Shown here: in pieces, positions 30,855 through 40,418 of the stretch
How positions within the stretch are numbered: the first letter of the stretch is position 1
Layout: each line of letters starts with the position of its first letter
NCBI GenBank assembly: GCA_963422205.2
Contig: CAXMWX010000005.1
Coordinates: 352,001 to 416,000, forward strand
DNA from: Gammaproteobacteria bacterium
GTDB taxonomy: Bacteria; Pseudomonadota; Gammaproteobacteria; Eutrophobiales; Eutrophobiaceae
DNA length: 64,000 nucleotides
Direction of reading: 5' to 3'
The notes under the pieces: generated by a model
The model's input: the letters and a program-made list of their open reading frames with translations, nothing else
Database searches by the model: none
Told to the model about the DNA's origin: nothing
Program-made: the position numbers and the translations under genes

Positions 30855-31583
30855 ATGAGTATACTATGTGACCTTGAGCCAGCAGATGACTCATACGCAC
30901 ATCTCAGCGAGGGTGATCCTGCCATCCTTGAACTGATTGATGATCTGAATGATGAGGTGGATGCCGACGGTGCAGAGCGGGTCTCAGACGTTGACCCGAA
31001 GTCCAGGCAAGTCAGCGATGAGGCGGCACGTGCTGCTGTCGCTGCCACACCGAAGCCGACATTCAGTCAGGCAGTGGTCGGGCTGGGGATACTGCCTTTT
31101 TATATGGTGGCGATGATGAGAACGCTGACCCGGGAGAAGCTAATGCGTTGGCGGGAGAACCGGACGCTCAGCGCGATGCTGGAGGTCGGCCAGCGTACCG
31201 AGACACTGGATAAACAGCTGGATGCGCTTGGCACGGCCAGTAATGACAAGGACAAATCGGCGAGGTTAGATCAGATCATGCGAACGATTGATCTGATCGG
31301 TGCGGCCTCGTATCGCACCACGGCCTATTGTGGTCGGTCGGGCAATGCGGCGTTTTTAAGGCAGTTCAGGGTGACTATCAGTGACACCCTGAAAAGCCGC
31401 GCTGATATGTTGGCGGGTGTAGCGCATCGAGAGGTCGCTATGCCGGAGTATCTTGACCGGCAACTCAACGCCATTGTGGAGCGCATTGATATGATGTTGG
31501 CTGCCATGTCCTCGCCTGACTCAAATCGCCGTGCTGATCAACATGCAGGGCAGGTGGTCAGCCTATCGCCTACGGCGGCATGA
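30855..31583 (+). CDS. Hypothetical protein
   Basis: ORF with GAGGAG RBS, acidic N-terminus, one hydrophobic segment. Confidence 0.65.
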   Translation: MSILCDLEPADDSYAHLSEGDPAILELIDDLNDEVDADGAERVSDVDPKSRQVSDEAARAAVAATPKPTFSQAVVGLGILPFYMVAMMRTLTREKLMRWRENRTLSAMLEVGQRTETLDKQLDALGTASNDKDKSARLDQIMRTIDLIGAASYRTTAYCGRSGNAAFLRQFRVTISDTLKSRADMLAGVAHREVAMPEYLDRQLNAIVERIDMMLAAMSSPDSNRRADQHAGQVVSLSPTAA

Positions 31584-32353
31584 GTCCTGTTCGGGATATG
31601 AGCAAGCCGTCCCCCCTGTTTGTGATCGAGGCACCCGGCAAGGTCAGGGTGCTACGCCGGTCATTGAGAAAACTGGGTATGCATGCTGAGGTGGTATGCA
31701 CCAAGGGGCATTTTGTGGCCTTTCCTGAGCGGTTGCGGCCACTGGGGATTACCTCTGATTATCAGCCCATCGGTTTACGTGCCAATCCTGCGGTGGTCAG
31801 GCGGCTGCAAGCGCTGGCCAGAGATGCTGATGTTTTTATTGCCACGGATGACGATCAGGAAGGTCATCGGATTGCTGTGGATGTGTATCAGCATATCAAG
31901 GCCATTGCCCGGCGCACGGTACGCCTGCCGCTGCGCGACATCAGTATGGATGGTGTGAGGCAGGTGCTTGAGCGGGCGGCGCCAGTGGCGGTTCATACGG
32001 GTCGGCCAGCCGGGGTGAGGCGGATAGTCGATCGCCTCATCGGTTACAGTTATTCCCGTCAGGGCATTGCCTGTGGTCGGGTATCGTCTGCCTTGCTGAG
32101 TGTTACGGCCCGCCATGCACCGATTATTGGTCATGTTGTTCTGAGCTTGCCAGCGGCTGATGGCGGGGAGGTATTTGCTTGTCGGATGCCGGTTACGCGG
32201 GAGACGCTGTCTCTCTGGCGATACCGGCAGCGGCTACTCTGGGACAGCCAACCAGCCAGGGTAATGAAGGTAGCAGGGAAACGTACATCGCCGCTGAATT
32301 ATGCTGGTCTGATGCAGCATGTACTGGCAAGGCACCATGAGGTGAGGGCATGA
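31580..32353 (+). CDS. Toprim-domain protein, N-terminal half of a divergent type IA topoisomerase
   Basis: VIEAPGK, TKGH, IATDDDQEG..IA, RRIVDRLIGY, GRV. Confidence 0.75.
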   Translation: MSPVRDMSKPSPLFVIEAPGKVRVLRRSLRKLGMHAEVVCTKGHFVAFPERLRPLGITSDYQPIGLRANPAVVRRLQALARDADVFIATDDDQEGHRIAVDVYQHIKAIARRTVRLPLRDISMDGVRQVLERAAPVAVHTGRPAGVRRIVDRLIGYSYSRQGIACGRVSSALLSVTARHAPIIGHVVLSLPAADGGEVFACRMPVTRETLSLWRYRQRLLWDSQPARVMKVAGKRTSPLNYAGLMQHVLARHHEVRA

Positions 32354-33285
32354 GTGCATTAACAGCCCTAAATCAGGCCCTGCAATCGGTGTATGAGGCG
32401 GGCGATACCACCTATTGCAGGAGCTCCAGCCGGGCTTTCTCATCAGCGGGTGTCGCCATACTGGGGCGGATTGCCGCACGCGCCGGTTTGCCTTTTAATC
32501 CAGAGTGCATTCCCATACATGATCTGCAAGCGGCTGGCGCGCATGAGGCACAACGCCCGACTGAGGCAGCAATGGGCAAGGTGGTGGACTTGTTGCCCGT
32601 GGATACGGCGCTGTTATCCGATGAGGAGTTTGTGCTGGCGGAGCTGGGTCGACAGGGGCTCTTGTGTGGTACGGAAATACAGGTTGATCTGCCCGATGTC
32701 CGTCACCTGCCCGACTGGGCGAGGGGCTTGCCCTGGGAGCGAGTGACCGCTGCCAGTGCGTGTTCATATCCTGCCCGGCCGGAGCCGGGCGTGTACACCT
32801 ATGAGACAGACGAGATAGCCTTTCGTCATCTGGTCAGCTTTGGGCTGGGCAAGCCCTCAACGCTGGTCGGCCACGCCAACCGTTTTGCGATGCGAAAGCT
32901 CTATCACCCGCATACCGGCTTGACCCATAAGGGGCAGAGGTGGCTGGATTTGACCCCGGCCATTCTGCGAATGGTAGAGACCAGTCTGGCGATGGAGGCC
33001 ATCTTTGATGAGAGTGTGAGAGAAGACGATGAGCGCATCGCCATAGAGCGTGCCCTGGCCTGCCTGGGAGAGGAAAGCCAACGCTATATCACACAACGGC
33101 TTGAAGGGCAGGCGGTTTTCTCTTTGCTGAACGGTGTGCCAGAGAATAGCCGCCAGCAACAATCACCACCTGCCCCGGAAAACGAAAACAAGAACAGCGA
33201 AGGCAAGACTACAAAGCAGCAGACGGATAAAGCCAGGGCGGTTGATGCCGACAGGACGCCCGATAGTATGCCGATGGGTATGTAA
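32350..33285 (+). CDS. C-terminal half of a divergent type IA topoisomerase
   Basis: Q..YEAG.TTYCRS (cf. ITYPRT), AHEA.RPT, GLGKPST, LT.KG; tail ...PDSMPMGM. Confidence 0.7.
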   Translation: MSALTALNQALQSVYEAGDTTYCRSSSRAFSSAGVAILGRIAARAGLPFNPECIPIHDLQAAGAHEAQRPTEAAMGKVVDLLPVDTALLSDEEFVLAELGRQGLLCGTEIQVDLPDVRHLPDWARGLPWERVTAASACSYPARPEPGVYTYETDEIAFRHLVSFGLGKPSTLVGHANRFAMRKLYHPHTGLTHKGQRWLDLTPAILRMVETSLAMEAIFDESVREDDERIAIERALACLGEESQRYITQRLEGQAVFSLLNGVPENSRQQQSPPAPENENKNSEGKTTKQQTDKARAVDADRTPDSMPMGM

Positions 33286-33708
33286 GTGGGCGCTGAGACA
33301 GAACTTCCTGGATACGTCAGTGAGCCAGTTGACCCTCCGTTTAAGCTAATCAGTCAGGCGCTCATCAGGCAGGCAACTGCTGCGGGTGTGCGCTATATGA
33401 CTGTCAATGGCATTGATTGCAAACTGGCCCTGGATGAGGCATTCGCCGCCGATGGTCTGCTGCCCTTGCTGGTCACTCTGGTGCAGCATCGGCATGGACT
33501 TGCCTCATTGCCCCTGTATTTGTTGCCTGATAAGGCCAATGCCTTGACTGGCTGGCGGGTGGCGTTGGGAGAGCAGGTAACCGACGAGCAGATCAAATCG
33601 GCACTGGCCTTACTCGGCGAGGAGCTGACCCTACTGATTGATGCCTCGACATCCAAGGAGTTCATCAGCCTGGATAGCCATGAGTGGCGGGGCCTGCCCT
33701 TTGGATGA
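33286..33708 (+). CDS. Hypothetical protein
   Basis: 140-aa ORF immediately after the previous stop. Confidence 0.55.
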   Translation: MGAETELPGYVSEPVDPPFKLISQALIRQATAAGVRYMTVNGIDCKLALDEAFAADGLLPLLVTLVQHRHGLASLPLYLLPDKANALTGWRVALGEQVTDEQIKSALALLGEELTLLIDASTSKEFISLDSHEWRGLPFG

Positions 33709-33735
33709 CAAAGGGCTGGGAGATTAGCTCAAGGC

Positions 33736-34242
33736 ATGAGGATCAACGATCTAAAACTGGCCTTGCAGCGCTGGTATTCCAGCGAGCGGATGGTCAAGGT
33801 CAGGGCAGTGGTGTGGCAGGCGGCCAGGGTGTTCAGGCTGTTGTTCTTACCGGATTTCAAGGCCCTGTGGCGTTTGAGCCGCAATGATTATCCCGGTGGC
33901 TTACGATCGGGTTTGATCACCAGGGAGGCAATCGCTTCATGGCAACGTGCCAGCACACCAGCCAGAAAGGTGCACGTGGCATTTATCAAGGTCAATCCGT
34001 TGGTGATGCTGGCCTGGTATCTTTGTGCGCTGGTCTTTGCTGGTTTAGCCCTCTGGCTGGGGTACAGTTTTTTTATTGTCTCTCACTGGAGTGAGCGGCT
34101 GAATTGTTTTATGGGGTTTTGTGCGGCGCTGACATTTTCTGTCACCGGTTTTTATAATACCTGGTGCGATACCACCAGGGTGGCGGCCTATAAGCGCTCT
34201 ATCAGGCGCTATATACAGAGCAGCCCGGGACATAAGGAATAA
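33736..34242 (+). CDS. Two-TM basic membrane protein, possibly IcmV/TraX-like
   Basis: Two TM helices in the C-terminal half; context near dotA; family is a guess. Confidence 0.5.
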   Translation: MRINDLKLALQRWYSSERMVKVRAVVWQAARVFRLLFLPDFKALWRLSRNDYPGGLRSGLITREAIASWQRASTPARKVHVAFIKVNPLVMLAWYLCALVFAGLALWLGYSFFIVSHWSERLNCFMGFCAALTFSVTGFYNTWCDTTRVAAYKRSIRRYIQSSPGHKE

Positions 34243-34245
34243 GAT

Positions 34246-36095
34246 ATGCGTTTGTATATTGCCGAGAAGCCCTCATTAGGGATGACGATTGCCAAGGTGT
34301 TAGGCATCAAACCTGGGCGACATCAGGGGTATGTTGAGACCCGTGATGGGTATGTCACCTGGTGTGTCGGACATATTCTTGAGATGGCAAATCCTGAGCA
34401 TTACTGGCCGGACATGAAAGGTCAAAAATGGAGTCTGGAGCCACTGCCGATGGTGCCAGCGCAATGGGCCAAGCTGCCCGTTAAGGCGAAGCAAAAGCAA
34501 CTGGCCATCATCAGCAAACTGCTCAAGCGAAAAGATGTCACCGAGATTGTTCACGCCGGGGATGCTGGCCGGGAGGGACAGATGATTATTGATGAGGTGT
34601 TGGCCTATCACCACAACACCAAGCCGGTGGTTCGCTTCTGGACGAAGGGGCTGGATAAGCAAAACATCCGCAAGGCACTGAACAGTATGCCGGACAATGC
34701 CCGGTTTCAGTCATATTCGGATGAGGCCAGGGCAAGGGCCGAGGCCGATTGGTTGATCGGTATGAATATGTCACGGGTGGTGTCCATCAAACATGCCCGA
34801 TACGGTGAGGTGCTGTCAGTGGGACGGGTACAGACGCCAACGCTGGCGATCATTGTCGATCGGGAGCGGGCAATTCAGCAGTTTGTGCCGAAGACCTATT
34901 ATGCCATTGTGGGGACATTTGAACATCCCAATGGCTGCTTTGAGGCGGTTTGGGATGTCAACCGGTCGGCATACAGCGAGGGTATTGATAGCCAGGGGCA
35001 GTTGACTAATAAACGACAAGGGGAAAAGATAACACAGGCACTTAAAAACACTACGGGGACGATCAGCACCTTTGATGAGAAAACACAGAGCGTAGCACCG
35101 CCGCTACCGATGGTGTTATCCACCTTGCTGGCGAAGGTGAATAAGCGTTACAAGATTGACATTGATAAAATCCAGGCGGCGGCACAAACGCTGTATGAGG
35201 CGGGTGCCATCACGTATCCCCGCACCGATTGTGAGTATCTGCCCGAAGCCCAGCATGGCGAGGCCGCCAGTGTGATTGAGGTGGCTACCGGGGTGCTGAA
35301 TATCCAGGATAGCCGGGCAGCCACCCTGGACAGTACGCTGAAATCCCGTGCCTGGAATGACAAGAAGATCACCGAGGACCATCATGGTTTGATGCCGACT
35401 GTGCAGGCCCCGGCATTCAAGCTCGACTTGGAGCGCACTGTCTATGACTATGTGGCGAGATATTATCTGGCACAATTCTATCCAGAGGCCGAAGACTTCA
35501 AGCGCCGTTGCGAGGTGCGGCTGGCGGGAGAAACATTTGTGGCATCAGGCACAACAGAAGTTGCCCCCGGCTGGCGCAGGCTGTTTGGCAAACTCAAGGA
35601 TGTGGGCGAGCAGGCTACGGGCAACAACACGCTGCCAGCCATGCAGGTGGACGATCCCGTCAACTGCATAGCCTTATCGCTTGATGAGCGGCAAACCAAA
35701 CTGCCCACCCGCTTCATGCAAGGGACGCTGGTGGATAAGCAAGGGGGGCGATGGCCTCGGTGGCGAAGTTTGTGACCGACCCGGCATTGAAAAAGCTATT
35801 AAAGGACACCGCGGGCCTGGGTACGCCAGCGACCCGTACCGAGATCGTAAAAAAGCTCTTTGCCCGGAAGTTCATCACGTCCGGTACGGGTAAGCAGAAG
35901 CACTACATCTTCCCCACCGAGCTGGGGTGTCGGCTGATTGACAAGGTGTTGCCGGAACTCAAAGACCCCGGCTTGACGGCCTTGTTTGAGCAGGAGCTTG
36001 AGCGTATCAAGCAGGGCAGCAGCACCCGCCAGGCGTTCATAGACAAACAGGTGACTTTCCTTCAGCGCGTGATTGCCAAGGAAAAAGCCGCTTGA
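34246..36095 (+). pseudogene. topB: DNA topoisomerase III, frameshifted near 35740
   Basis: MRLYIAEKPS, VTWCVGH, AGDAGREG, SVGRVQTPTL, ITYPRTD, GLGTPATR; about 11 extra bases between LVD and AMAS. Confidence 0.9.
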
Positions 36096-36158
36096 GTACA
36101 GGCTTTGGCAAGGGTTGGTACCTATGCCGTGGTGGTTCAAGTATGTTAAAATAAGCAC

Positions 36159-36356
36159 ATGAAATTGAACCGTAAAGCTGTCAGGAAAAGCGTATTGGCG
36201 AGGCATCAGGATGATAATTATGTCGATGCTTCAATAGAGGAACGTATGGCTATGGTTTGGCCTCTGACCAAAGAGGTCGCCGCTTTAAGTCCCCGGCACG
36301 ATGTGGAACGAAGATTACAAAGACATATTACACGCCTTGTCAGCAGAGCAAGTTGA
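36159..36356 (+). CDS. Small putative antitoxin paired with a nucleotidyltransferase
   Basis: 65 aa, EERMAMVW.L...RLQR, overlaps the next gene. Confidence 0.65.
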   Translation: MKLNRKAVRKSVLARHQDDNYVDASIEERMAMVWPLTKEVAALSPRHDVERRLQRHITRLVSRAS

Positions 36357-36813
36357 TTTCATTCTGATCGGCGCTTATGCCCTGGCCGCTCATGGGTTGC
36401 CCAGAGCGACGATAGATGTGGATATTTGGGTGCAGCCATCATCAGGCAATGCCAGAAAAGTCCACGCTGCGTTGCTTGCCTTTGGTGCGCCAATGCGTGA
36501 GATTTCAGTGGCGGATTTTGCAGAAGAAGGTACGGTTTTTCAGATTGGCGTAGCGCCCCGGAGGATCGATATTCTAACCGGAATCAGTGGTGTCAATTAC
36601 GAGGAGGCGATCGAGGAAGCGATTGTCACCAAAGTGGAAGGCATACAGATCAACATACTGTCAATGAAGCATCTGATAGCAAACAAAATGTCAACTGGCC
36701 GGCTTAAAGATTTGGATGATGTACAGAGGCTGCAAGAGCTGGTCAAGCGTTCTGATGCAAAAACCATAAGTGACATCACGCCTAACATTGATCTTAAGTT
36801 CGCATCAGGATGA
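36301..36813 (+). CDS. Nucleotidyltransferase (DUF6036-like)
   Basis: LIGAYALAAHG.PRAT.DVD, RIDILT, NK..TGR.KD.DD. Confidence 0.85.
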   Translation: MWNEDYKDILHALSAEQVDFILIGAYALAAHGLPRATIDVDIWVQPSSGNARKVHAALLAFGAPMREISVADFAEEGTVFQIGVAPRRIDILTGISGVNYEEAIEEAIVTKVEGIQINILSMKHLIANKMSTGRLKDLDDVQRLQELVKRSDAKTISDITPNIDLKFASG

Positions 36814-36850
36814 AGAGCCAGGCATCCGATAGACAAGGTTGGATGAGGCA

Positions 36851-37084
36851 ATGATACGAGTAGTAGGCAGACGTAAATTACAGCCTATCAGCAGTAAGCC
36901 ATCAGGTGATAAATTGAGGGAAGGCATTTTGTTTGTTGAAGAGATGGGTAGATTATGTCCGGTTAAGCATATTCCTAAAGGTATCTATCGCTTTAACAGC
37001 CATGCTGAAATGAACGAGTATGACATTGATTGTACTGTCAATGCCATGAAAAAACTAAGGCGGAAGCGGCATGAGCATGTCTGA
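36851..37084 (+). CDS. Small putative antitoxin paired with a nucleotidyltransferase
   Basis: PKGIYRFNSHAEMN motif; overlaps the next gene. Confidence 0.65.
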   Translation: MIRVVGRRKLQPISSKPSGDKLREGILFVEEMGRLCPVKHIPKGIYRFNSHAEMNEYDIDCTVNAMKKLRRKRHEHV

Positions 37085-37610
37085 CAATGATTATTGCAGG
37101 CCGCCTACTACTGCCGACTTACTTCAGCTCATACAGTCTCTAAATAAAGAAAACGTACCTTATCTTTTGATAGGAGGCCATGCCTTAAATGCACACGGTT
37201 ATTACAGAATGACCACGGATGTTGATATTCTGTTGCCTAAAACAGTTGACCCTGGCGCTATTATCCGCGCTTTGCTGGTGTTGCCAGACCAAATCGCCAG
37301 AGAGATTGACCCTGCCTGGTTTGCCGAAGGCAATACTATCCGTGTAGCGGATGCGTTTGTCGTTGATCTGATGTTCAATGCCTGTGGCGAGAGTTATGAG
37401 TCACTCAGCCAACATACGCATACGATTGAACTTGACGGGGTGCCCGTCAAGACTATTGACATGGAAGGTTTGCTAAAGACCAAACAAACTATCAGAGAGA
37501 AGGATAAAATAGATAGAATGTTGCTTGAGCGGGTGCTGGCAGAGGAGAAACTGGAGCAGGAGAAATCTGCCCAGGCAAAACCTGGCCATACATCCTCACC
37601 AGAGCCGTGA
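37071..37610 (+). CDS. Nucleotidyltransferase (DUF6036-like)
   Basis: LIGGHALNAHGY.R.T.DVD, VDLM, LLKTKQT.REKD..D; tail AKPGHTSSPEP. Confidence 0.85.
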   Translation: MSMSDNDYCRPPTTADLLQLIQSLNKENVPYLLIGGHALNAHGYYRMTTDVDILLPKTVDPGAIIRALLVLPDQIAREIDPAWFAEGNTIRVADAFVVDLMFNACGESYESLSQHTHTIELDGVPVKTIDMEGLLKTKQTIREKDKIDRMLLERVLAEEKLEQEKSAQAKPGHTSSPEP

Positions 37611-37654
37611 GTTTTCATTAGGTAACACAAGCACAATGATGGTGAGATAATCTG

Positions 37655-38437
37655 ATGCCCCTGTTTGAGATACTTGGCTTTTCATGGGAGCGCTCCGCCG
37701 TCCATGCTGGCGTATCGGCCTCAGTTGAGCGGGTTGTTTTTCGTTACAAGCAATCGCTTGCTCAGTTTGTGTTTGATGCCAGTGCCCTTGAAGGCAACCC
37801 GTTTACTTATCCTGAAGTTAAGACGCTGATGGATGGCGTGACGGTGGGAGGACACAAAATCTCTGATCAACAACAGGTGTTAAACCTCGTGGCGGCGGCT
37901 GAGGCATTATTCAGGCTGGTGAAGGCCGACACCTTTTCCCTGGACAAGACAACCTTTGATCGTTTGCATGGGCTGGTAGCCCGTGAGAAGGCGCTGGAAT
38001 GGGGGCATTTTCGGGGCGAAGGTGAAGAGAGCAGCCTGACACCCTCGGTCGCTCTCGGTGAGAAGGGGGGGTATACGCCAGCGCTGACTGAGCCAGGTGG
38101 CACCAACTTACAGCGGATTTTTTCTGTGGGTATTGATGCCCTGAACTTGGCAGTCACCGAGCCGCAAGAGCGGGCAATGGCGCTCTTTCTGTTCGGAGCA
38201 TTGCAGCAATTCTATTTTGATGGCAACAAGCGCACCGCTCGCTTTATGATGAATGGCATTCTCATGTCACATGGTATGGATGCGATCTCTGTGCCTGCTG
38301 TGCGAGACAGGGAGTTCAATGAGAAGATGGTGCGATTTTATCTGACAAAGGATGCCACCGAGATGATGCACTTCCTGATTGCGTGCCAGTCAAAAGATAC
38401 ACCCAAGCCGGAGTCACTATCCGGGCTATCGCCGTGA
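37655..38437 (+). CDS. Fic-domain protein with degenerate active site
   Basis: SALEGN, QQFYFDGNKRTAR in place of HPFxDGNGR. Confidence 0.85.
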   Translation: MPLFEILGFSWERSAVHAGVSASVERVVFRYKQSLAQFVFDASALEGNPFTYPEVKTLMDGVTVGGHKISDQQQVLNLVAAAEALFRLVKADTFSLDKTTFDRLHGLVAREKALEWGHFRGEGEESSLTPSVALGEKGGYTPALTEPGGTNLQRIFSVGIDALNLAVTEPQERAMALFLFGALQQFYFDGNKRTARFMMNGILMSHGMDAISVPAVRDREFNEKMVRFYLTKDATEMMHFLIACQSKDTPKPESLSGLSP

Positions 38438-38465
38438 AGCGAGGCAGTGATGGTAAGGTATCAGC

Positions 38466-38558
38466 ATCAACATACTGTCAATCAAGCATCTGATAGCAAG
38501 CAAGCTGTCAACTGGCCGCCCAGGGGCTTGGCGGATGTGTTGAGGTTGCGTGAGTTAA
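38466..38558 (+). repeat. Remnant copy of the nucleotidyltransferase 3' region (source about 36649-36740)
   Basis: atcaacatactgtcaat(g/c)aagcatctgatagcaa...tgtcaactggccg shared. Confidence 0.8.
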
Positions 38559-38638
38559 ACCCACCTGCTTATACAACTTCATAAAGTGCAAGAAACTTTT
38601 ATTTATCCCTGCAAAACCTCAAGTTTATTTTGTTTCTC

Positions 38639-38971
38639 ATGAGCCAGCCACAGGAAGTCACTGAATGCCTAAAGCATCTCGGCACCTACATTGAGATTGC
38701 TCGCAGACGCCAGCAGCTGACATTGAAACAGATGGCTGGCAGACTGGATGTGAGTATTCCAACCTATGTGGCGATAGAGCAAGGCTCGCCTGCCGTCAAG
38801 CTGGCCAATTATCTGACTGCCCTGTGGATCATGGGATTATTGGAACAAGCGATGAGGATCGGTCATCCTGATACGGATAAACAGGGCAAGGCGCTGGAGA
38901 TACGGCGTTTGCTTCGGGGTGGTCAGCGGCCCAGAGCGGCATCTGATGTAACCGGGGCGCATGATTTTTAA
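38639..38971 (+). CDS. XRE-family HTH antitoxin
   Basis: IARRRQQLT...MAGRLDVS..T...IEQG.P.V; directly upstream of hipA. Confidence 0.85.
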   Translation: MSQPQEVTECLKHLGTYIEIARRRQQLTLKQMAGRLDVSIPTYVAIEQGSPAVKLANYLTALWIMGLLEQAMRIGHPDTDKQGKALEIRRLLRGGQRPRAASDVTGAHDF

Positions 38972-38973
38972 CG

Positions 38974-40305
38974 ATGCAGCCAGCACTGTCAGAATTATAT
39001 GTCTACATGACCTTGCCGGGTACCACTGTGCCGGTGATCTGTGGTCGCTTACAGGCGATGCCATCCTATGATGGTTCAGGTGGCTATTACCAGTATGTCT
39101 ATGGCAAAAGCTATCTCGCCAGAGATCAGGCGATACCTGTAGAGCCTTTTACGCTACCGCTTTGGCTGGAGACATTCAGCACCGGGGGGAAGCATATATT
39201 CGGTGTGTTCAGTGATGCGATGCCGGATTTCTGGGGGCGGGTGGTTATTAGTCGGCGGTTGCAACGCGCGGAGATAAGCGAGTTGGACTACTTGTATTAT
39301 GCGGGTGATGACCGGGTGGGGGCGTTGTCCTTCTCACCGGCCTGTCAACCGGAGTTAAGCCCGCTTGCCTCATCGGCGGCAATGAAACGGCATAACTTGG
39401 CTGAGTTGGTGGATGTTGCCTGGCGGATTGAGCAGAAATTGCCGATTGAACCAGCATGGGATGAGTTGGTAAAGACGGGCAGTGGTATGGGTGGGGCGAG
39501 GCCAAAGTCGGTGGTACAGCGGGATGATGGGCTGTGGTTGGCGAAGTTTGCCCGTACCGATGATATGTACGATAAGCAACGGGCTGAATTCGCTGTGATG
39601 TCAATGGCCCGCGACTTGTCACTCAATGTGCCGGACATTGACCTGCGTGAGGCGGGCAGCGCTTCGGTATTTCTGATCAAGCGCTTTGATCGTGAGCAGA
39701 CGGCAACCGGGGCATACAAAAAGCAGCATTTTTTAAGCGCCTGTACCTTGTTTGCTGCCCATCCGTTGGGTGGCCATACGCAGGACTCCTATCCTCGATT
39801 AGCTGACTTATTGCGGCGGTTCAGTGCGGATGCGGTGGCTGACAGGCAGCTGTTATTCAAGCGGATGCTGTTTAATGTGCTGGTGAGCAACACGGACGAC
39901 CATCATCTTAATCACGGCTTCATATTGGGTAAGGGAGGCTGGCGCCTCTCGCCGTTATATGATGTAGTGCCCCTGCCCACCCGGCAGGATAAAAAGTCCC
40001 ACGGGTTAGCCCTGGGCGAGCAGGGTACCGCCTCGTCCATTGACAATGCTTTAAGTCAGGCCGGGCATTTTGGGGTGAGCAAAAGTCAAGCGCTGTCGTA
40101 CATTGAGGAGCAGGTAGCGGTGATCAGTCACTGGGAGAACTATTGCATTGAGGCGGACATGTCTGTCCTTGATCGCAAGTTATTGAGTCAGTGCTTCCTG
40201 CCAGAGCATATTGGTCTGGATAGGTATTTTCCGAAGGTGTATCCGGCCCAGTTGGCTAAAGGAGAATACATGGGTATGCAACAAGGTTTATCGTCAACTC
40301 CGTAG
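38974..40305 (+). CDS. hipA: HipA-family Ser/Thr kinase toxin
   Basis: DAMPDFWG, GMGGARPK, LAKF, KRFDR, NTDDH..NHGF, LSPLYD. Confidence 0.92.
   Translation: MQPALSELYVYMTLPGTTVPVICGRLQAMPSYDGSGGYYQYVYGKSYLARDQAIPVEPFTLPLWLETFSTGGKHIFGVFSDAMPDFWGRVVISRRLQRAEISELDYLYYAGDDRVGALSFSPACQPELSPLASSAAMKRHNLAELVDVAWRIEQKLPIEPAWDELVKTGSGMGGARPKSVVQRDDGLWLAKFARTDDMYDKQRAEFAVMSMARDLSLNVPDIDLREAGSASVFLIKRFDREQTATGAYKKQHFLSACTLFAAHPLGGHTQDSYPRLADLLRRFSADAVADRQLLFKRMLFNVLVSNTDDHHLNHGFILGKGGWRLSPLYDVVPLPTRQDKKSHGLALGEQGTASSIDNALSQAGHFGVSKSQALSYIEEQVAVISHWENYCIEADMSVLDRKLLSQCFLPEHIGLDRYFPKVYPAQLAKGEYMGMQQGLSSTP
40216..40247 (+). repeat. 32-bp direct repeat, copy 1 (copy 2 at 41822-41853)
   Basis: CTGGAT(A/G)GGTATTTTCCGAAGGTGTATCCGGC, 31/32 identical. 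Confidence 0.9.
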
Positions 40306-40418
40306 CGATGGCGCAAGCAGGCGCCCAACGTACATTGTTGACGCCGTACGATATTGAGTGATTAACTGCCAATCTCACAGCGAAACCTACCACAGGCATA
40401 AGGCAAATATATTTGACT

